Positions 59,077-64,000 of a stretch of 64,000 bases of DNA are shown piece after piece. The notes beneath the pieces are model-generated. The model was not told the origin of the DNA and made no database searches. It saw nothing but the letters and a program-made list of their open reading frames with translations. Within the stretch, counting starts at the first letter, position 1, and every line of letters starts with the position of its first letter. The DNA lies in the IMG/VR virus record IMGVR_UViG_3300027782_000027, positions 176,760 through 240,759 of that record. One strand, written 5' to 3'. The position numbers and the translations under genes are program-made.

Positions 59077-59941
59077 AATTACTGTTATTGGTATATCATC
59101 TGATAACATTGAAAATGTATTTAATGGTTGGGAATATACTTACATAGTTAAAGATTTATTAGCGAATTTTGAAGTTGACCTAAAGTTAATTTCAGATAAA
59201 TTAGATTTGTTTTGTGACAATTGTTTAATAATTTATTCATGTGATGAAAGAAATATTCCTGATAATTTACTTGAATATTTTACTGAGTATAAAAATAGAA
59301 ATCTTGATTTTAATCTTTTTCACATATCAAACGAACAACTAAGACATGATACAAGTTATTATAAATTGGCTAAAAATGTTTTTAGAAATTATTTTGACCC
59401 GTCAATAACTTTAAATAATGTTTTAACTTTACCTTTAGGTTATAAAAATGGGTTTTTTAATCCGAGTTTAACATTTAAAAAAATTGAAGATAAAAAATTT
59501 GATAGTTGTTTTGTTGGACAATTAAAACACGATAGAATTAATGTTGTTCACGAAATTAGTAATTTAGATAAAAAATTTATACACATTACACAACAATGGG
59601 ATTGTCCAACATCTCTCCCTTCGGAAGCAGTTTTTAAGATTTATCAAGATACTCTTTTAATTCCGTGTCCAATTGGTAATGTTAATCAAGACTCGTTCAG
59701 AATTTGTGAGATTTTGGAATCCGGCTCAATACCTTTAATTAAAATTTATTTCCAAGAAGATTATTTTAAACATATTTTTGGAGAACACCCAATACCAACT
59801 GTTAGAGATTGGAATGAAATACCTAAAATATTAAAAGATATTAAAAATAATAGTAACGAAAAAATTTTAGAAATTAATGAGTGGTATAAAAAATTCAAAG
59901 AAGAACTAAGAACTAAAATTTTTAATATATTAAATAAATGA
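59066..59941 (+). CDS. Exostosin/GT47-like glycosyltransferase
   Basis: LPLGY, FVGQ, PCPIGNVNQDSFRICEILESGSIP. Confidence 0.65.
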   Translation: MKSKITVIGISSDNIENVFNGWEYTYIVKDLLANFEVDLKLISDKLDLFCDNCLIIYSCDERNIPDNLLEYFTEYKNRNLDFNLFHISNEQLRHDTSYYKLAKNVFRNYFDPSITLNNVLTLPLGYKNGFFNPSLTFKKIEDKKFDSCFVGQLKHDRINVVHEISNLDKKFIHITQQWDCPTSLPSEAVFKIYQDTLLIPCPIGNVNQDSFRICEILESGSIPLIKIYFQEDYFKHIFGEHPIPTVRDWNEIPKILKDIKNNSNEKILEINEWYKKFKEELRTKIFNILNK

Positions 59942-60795
59942 TAGAAAATTATATTAACAAAGTCCTTAATGGTGATACCATTGACGTGATGAGCGAAATG
60001 CCCGAAGGATGGGTTGACCTAGTTGTTACATCGCCTCCATATAATGTGGGTATCCAATACGACACACATAACGATGAGATTGTTATGGATGAATATTGGG
60101 AGTGGTCTGAAAAATGGTTGACAGAAGTATACCGTCTACTTAAAGACGATGGAAGAATTGCTATTAACATACCATATGAGGTGAATGTACAAGCCCGTGG
60201 TGGTAGAGTATTCTTCGCTTCAGAAATATATCAGGTGATGAAAAAAGTTGGGTTTAAGTTCTACGGTATTGTTGACCTTGAAGAAGACTCACCACATAGA
60301 AGTAAGACAACTGCTTGGGGTTCTTGGATGAGTCCATCATCTCCTTACATTTACAACCCAAAAGAATGTGTCATCTTGGCTTATAAAAAAGTTCACATCA
60401 AGAAAGTTAAGGGTGAACCACAATGGAAAGGTGAACCTTATCTAACTGAAGAGGGGAAGAACAAAGTTGCTTATTCTGAACAAGATAAGAAAGAGTTTAT
60501 GGAATTGGTGTTTGGACAATGGAAATACTTTGCCGATACCCGTTCATTAACAAAGGCGACGTTCTCCATGGATATTCCCGAAAAGGCAATCAAGATATTG
60601 TCATACAGAAATGATGTGGTATTAGACCCCTTTAATGGTTCAGGTACCAGTTGTGTGGCAGCAGTTGTTCATGACAGACGATGGGTTGGTATTGAATTAA
60701 GTGAAAACTATTGTGAAATTGCTAAACAACGAATACAAAGTTTTGTTGACCAAAAGAGCCAACAGAAGTTACAATTTGAAAACGGAGTCCAATAA
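59938..60795 (+). CDS. N4-C/N6-A DNA methyltransferase (beta class)
   Basis: VTSPPYN, VLDPFNGSGTS, VGIEL. Confidence 0.9.
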   Translation: MIENYINKVLNGDTIDVMSEMPEGWVDLVVTSPPYNVGIQYDTHNDEIVMDEYWEWSEKWLTEVYRLLKDDGRIAINIPYEVNVQARGGRVFFASEIYQVMKKVGFKFYGIVDLEEDSPHRSKTTAWGSWMSPSSPYIYNPKECVILAYKKVHIKKVKGEPQWKGEPYLTEEGKNKVAYSEQDKKEFMELVFGQWKYFADTRSLTKATFSMDIPEKAIKILSYRNDVVLDPFNGSGTSCVAAVVHDRRWVGIELSENYCEIAKQRIQSFVDQKSQQKLQFENGVQ

Positions 60796-60808
60796 ACTCC
60801 GTTTTTTT
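60779..60808 (+). terminator. Intrinsic terminator
   Basis: aaaacggagt-ccaataa-actccgtttt-ttt. Confidence 0.85.
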
Positions 60809-60840
60809 ATTTATTTGTATATTTATAATTAAATGTTATT

Positions 60841-61212
60841 ATGAAAAATTCGGAAGTTGTTAAATTTTTACTAGAAACACAAACTCAGTTTAGAATACTA
60901 CACTGGCAAACAAAATCATTCTCAAGACATGAGGCTTATGGGCGTATTTATGATTCACTTGATGATTTGATTGATAAGTTTGTTGAAGTTTGTATGGGTA
61001 AACACGGAAGACCTAGTTTTACAGGCGGTTATACATTAGCGGGTAGAGATATTGAAGAACTTGAGTTAACTGAGTTTATTAATTTAGTATGTGAATACTT
61101 GGTGGGATTGTCTGAAAGCTACGACCCAAAGATGGACTCAGATTTATTAAACATTAGAGACGAAATGTTAGCGGAAATTAACCAGTTGAAATACTTGTTA
61201 ACTTTAAAATAG
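60841..61212 (+). CDS. Ferritin/Dps-like four-helix protein
   Basis: LHWQT..HEAYG..D..D..VE; NIRDEM..LKYLLTLK; TATTTATA at 60820. Confidence 0.75.
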   Translation: MKNSEVVKFLLETQTQFRILHWQTKSFSRHEAYGRIYDSLDDLIDKFVEVCMGKHGRPSFTGGYTLAGRDIEELELTEFINLVCEYLVGLSESYDPKMDSDLLNIRDEMLAEINQLKYLLTLK

Positions 61213-61234
61213 AGGTATATTACTTTTTTACTTT

Positions 61235-61267
61235 AAAAGGTTCATCGTAATGATGAACTTTTTTTTT
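61235..61267 (+). terminator. Intrinsic terminator
   Basis: aaaaggttcatc-gtaat-gatgaactttt followed by a T-run. Confidence 0.85.
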
Positions 61268-61286
61268 GTTATAATATTTATTATTA

Positions 61287-62687
61287 ATGAAAAAGATAAT
61301 TTCTGAAGGTGGTATTAGAAACATAAAAGAACTTTCTAATAGATACAGCAAAGCGAAGATATACTTTCACCAAGATTTAGATGGTGTTGCAACTGCATTA
61401 GCAATGAAAAAGTATTTGGAAGACAATGGAATTAAAGTTGTTGATGTTGAAGTAATCCAATACGGAGATAAAGAATTTGCGGTTAAGAAGGCGGATGCTG
61501 AAGGTGAAATTATGCCAGTTCTTGTTGACTTTGCTCACGGAAAACCAATGTTCGTAGTTCACACCGACCACCACGATAGACAAGCCGGAGCTGACGAAAC
61601 TAAATCAACTCAGTTCAGAGGAGCTCGTTCTAATGTTGAAACACTTTCACAGATTGTTCCGGCATCTGAAATTTTTACACCGGAAGATGTTGCGACAATA
61701 TCTATGGTTGATAGTGCTGATTATGCTTCTAAAAACATTACACCTGAAATGGTAATGAATTATGTATACGGAACGTCAAAAGAAAAAAGTGCTAAAGAAA
61801 ATAGAATGTTATTAGGTTTGGTTACTAACAAGTTATTGTTGGCGTTTAAGAACAAACCCGGATTTTTAGAGACATTAGTGTTAGATTGTAAACCTTCAAT
61901 CCTTTCAATCTTTAATAAGATAAAAGAGTTGATGAAGACAAATAGATATGCTGACATATCTTCATTAGAAAAAAACAAAGAAGATTATGTTCAGACAATG
62001 AAAGGACATAAGAATGTTCAGGTTAAAGATAATATCATTGTTCAATACGGTGGTGGAAGTATGATGAAACCTGGCTCATATGATAGATATACCCCATTTA
62101 GAAACAACCCTGAGGCAGACTTTCTTGTAATTGCTTGGCCACTTGGTTTATTACAGGCATCGTGTAACCCTTTTAAAAAAGAAAGAGAACTTAAAGGTGT
62201 TAACTTGGGAGAAATTGCTCAAGAAGTATTGGGACATTGGGAATCACAATTAAAAGAAAAACAAGTTCCACTATCAACAATTAAATGGGTTTCTGAAACT
62301 GCTGCAAAAGAAGAATCAGTTGGATTTACCTTTAAGGATTTTGCTGCAATATACGGAGACAAGTACTTGGATGAGAAAGATGGTGTTAAAACACTTATGG
62401 ATATTAAATCTTTGATGGAAAAGAAATCAACTGAACTGACTGAAGAAGAATGGAGTGTTTTAGATGGTGTTACTGTCCCTGTATGGGAAGTTATTCAAGC
62501 AAATTCAGGTGGACACAAGTGTATTACAAATGTATCTGGTTTAAACTATATTGGAAGAAGTAAAAGACCACCACAAGGTAAGTACAAGTACGACTCTGAA
62601 AAAGATGATTCACCTTATATTAAATTCTTAAAGATGTTACAGAATAAATTTGTAAATGTCTTACAAGAAAAGATTAATCAAAAATGA
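61287..62687 (+). CDS. DHH-like phosphoesterase
   Basis: YFHQDLDG, LVDFA, TDHHD, SGGH; TATTTAT at 61275. Confidence 0.7.
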   Translation: MKKIISEGGIRNIKELSNRYSKAKIYFHQDLDGVATALAMKKYLEDNGIKVVDVEVIQYGDKEFAVKKADAEGEIMPVLVDFAHGKPMFVVHTDHHDRQAGADETKSTQFRGARSNVETLSQIVPASEIFTPEDVATISMVDSADYASKNITPEMVMNYVYGTSKEKSAKENRMLLGLVTNKLLLAFKNKPGFLETLVLDCKPSILSIFNKIKELMKTNRYADISSLEKNKEDYVQTMKGHKNVQVKDNIIVQYGGGSMMKPGSYDRYTPFRNNPEADFLVIAWPLGLLQASCNPFKKERELKGVNLGEIAQEVLGHWESQLKEKQVPLSTIKWVSETAAKEESVGFTFKDFAAIYGDKYLDEKDGVKTLMDIKSLMEKKSTELTEEEWSVLDGVTVPVWEVIQANSGGHKCITNVSGLNYIGRSKRPPQGKYKYDSEKDDSPYIKFLKMLQNKFVNVLQEKINQK

Positions 62688-63172
62688 GAATAGTTGAAGA
62701 AATTAGTAAGATAAAAAAATTAATGTTTGAAAATCAAACTAATTTTAATTTTGGATATCAAGGGGACATTGGAGAGAAACCAGGGTTACATATCTACATA
62801 TCTGATGACGAAAAAATTGGACATTCTAATTTACTTAATTTTTATGATTCTTGGGATTTTGATATGGATGTAGAAAGATTTTATAATAATCCACAATATT
62901 GTGTTGATGGTTGTGATGACGGATTCTTCAACCAAAAAAATACAGTATATCTACATGACTTAAAAGTTTCCCCAAAATATCAAGGTAATGGGTATAGTAA
63001 GTTACTAATGAATAAATCACATGAAATTGCTAAAAATCTAGGATTTGATTATGTTAGTTTGATTACATCTAGAAATAATGAACCCGCTCAAAATTTGTAT
63101 AAAAAATTAGGTTATAAATTACACCAAACTGATGATAATAAAGATTTTTATTATTATAATTTAAACAAATGA
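62684..63172 (+). CDS. GNAT acetyltransferase
   Basis: LKVSPKYQGNGYSKLL, NEPAQNLYKKLGY. Confidence 0.85.
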   Translation: MRIVEEISKIKKLMFENQTNFNFGYQGDIGEKPGLHIYISDDEKIGHSNLLNFYDSWDFDMDVERFYNNPQYCVDGCDDGFFNQKNTVYLHDLKVSPKYQGNGYSKLLMNKSHEIAKNLGFDYVSLITSRNNEPAQNLYKKLGYKLHQTDDNKDFYYYNLNK

Positions 63173-63199
63173 AACAAAGTGATGGAATAATTGTGAAAG
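63169..63199 (+). repeat. 31-bp direct repeat of the Nudix 5' end (dead-end 16-codon remnant)
   Basis: atgaaacaaagtgatggaataattgtgaaag versus atgaaacaaagtgctggaattattgtgaaag at 63579-63609. Confidence 0.85.
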
Positions 63200-63204
63200 A
63201 AAGG

Positions 63205-63558
63205 TTAAACTTTAATTAAGAACTTACAAACATCACCCTCTTCAATATTTTCATCTTTACAACGACCACCTTCTATTTCTAAAACATAGGTTCCTGAACC
63301 TTCATAACTTTGACAAAGTTCAAATTCACAGGGTTCACAGTTGTGGTGTATTTTTGTTATTTTATGGTTTTTATCTATAAAGATGATATCCAAAGGAATA
63401 ATACAGTTCAACATCCAAAAACTGTGTTCACCTTTACCCATAAAAAATAACATACCATCAAATCCAATAAACTCCCGACCCATCATTCCTCTTTTAGTTT
63501 CAGATTTGGTTTTACAAACTTTGACTTTAAATATTTCTTTATTTATTGTTACAAACAT
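63205..63558 (-). CDS. DUF192 family protein
   Basis: GMMGRE..GMLF..SFWMLNCIIPLDIIFID..YVLEIEGG. Confidence 0.85.
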   Translation of the reverse strand: MFVTINKEIFKVKVCKTKSETKRGMMGREFIGFDGMLFFMGKGEHSFWMLNCIIPLDIIFIDKNHKITKIHHNCEPCEFELCQSYEGSGTYVLEIEGGRCKDENIEEGDVCKFLIKV

Positions 63559-63578
63559 AGTTATATATAAATAGTATT

Positions 63579-63989
63579 ATGAAACAAAGTGCTGGAATTA
63601 TTGTGAAAGTAAATGATAAATGTCTGGTTTGTAAGAGGGCTTCAGATGTTAATGAACCTGCAAAGTGGGCAATACCTATGGGTGGTATAGAGGAAGGAGA
63701 AGACCCTAAAGATGCTGCGTATAGAGAGTTCTATGAAGAGATGGGTGTTTCAGTTGATGGTGTTATTAAACCTTTAGTTAGGATTAATCGTTATAATAAG
63801 TTAGGAAATATAAAAAGTATTTTACATGTTTTTATTTTTAAAACTGATACTGAAATCATTCCTGATTTAGAGAATGCTGTAGATGGTTTTGAACATACTG
63901 AATGTGATTATATGACTTTAGATGAGATTAAAGGACTTACTATGTCATCGGGTATTAAGGAAGTTTTAACTGATGTGTTAAATTTTTAA
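63579..63989 (+). CDS. Nudix hydrolase
   Basis: GGIEEGEDPKDAAYREFYEEMG Nudix box. Confidence 0.9.
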   Translation: MKQSAGIIVKVNDKCLVCKRASDVNEPAKWAIPMGGIEEGEDPKDAAYREFYEEMGVSVDGVIKPLVRINRYNKLGNIKSILHVFIFKTDTEIIPDLENAVDGFEHTECDYMTLDEIKGLTMSSGIKEVLTDVLNF

Positions 63990-64000
63990 TTTTTTTGATA

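Noticed and set aside
1-64000. Stop-codon reassignment
   Set aside because: TAA, TAG and TGA all end intact recognisable genes, and coding density is high in code 11.
1-64000. Eukaryotic giant virus or bacterial chromosome origin
   Set aside because: Sigma70, DnaG-type primase, SbcCD-like genes, bacterial promoters/terminators and the lack of housekeeping operons fit a large bacteriophage, although no capsid or terminase gene is in the window.

Overview
This is an AT-rich, gene-dense 64-kb segment of a large tailed-phage (jumbo/huge phage-like) genome in standard code 11. The host is very likely in Bacteroidota, judged from repeated (T)TTG-N19-20-TAnnTTTG promoters, an Hc1-type histone-like gene and SprB-like repeats. 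Layout: (i) 1-17.7 kb, a fibre/adhesin/baseplate module with a >2100-aa Gly-X-Y Ser/Thr repeat protein, three tandem Gly-rich paralogues, Cys-rich SprB-like and Pro/Thr-stalk beta-propeller proteins, and a RuvC-like resolvase; (ii) 17.7-25.4 kb, primase, exonuclease, SbcD/SbcC-like genes and a sigma70-family factor; (iii) 25.5-34.5 kb, membrane/lysis-like and probable virion proteins, Hc1 and DnaJ; (iv) 34.5-45.5 kb, an 11-kb glycan locus ending in a GT4-Aah/TibC-like protein O-glycosyltransferase; (v) 45.5-64 kb, accessory genes (three DNA MTases, an R-M cassette, DUF932, PcfJ, Trx/Grx, LRR, ferritin-like, DHH-like, GNAT, DUF192, Nudix). The best candidates for something new are: an unannotated structured small RNA with its own promoter and terminator that resembles Bacteroidota 6S RNA; a possible phage protein O-glycosylation system acting on its own Ser/Thr-rich fibres; a shared N-terminal leader on late proteins resembling a capsid-targeting signal; a two-micropeptide GCGC operon; and gene cassettes flanked by 31-44 bp duplications. 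All family calls come from motif recognition by eye; no searches were run.
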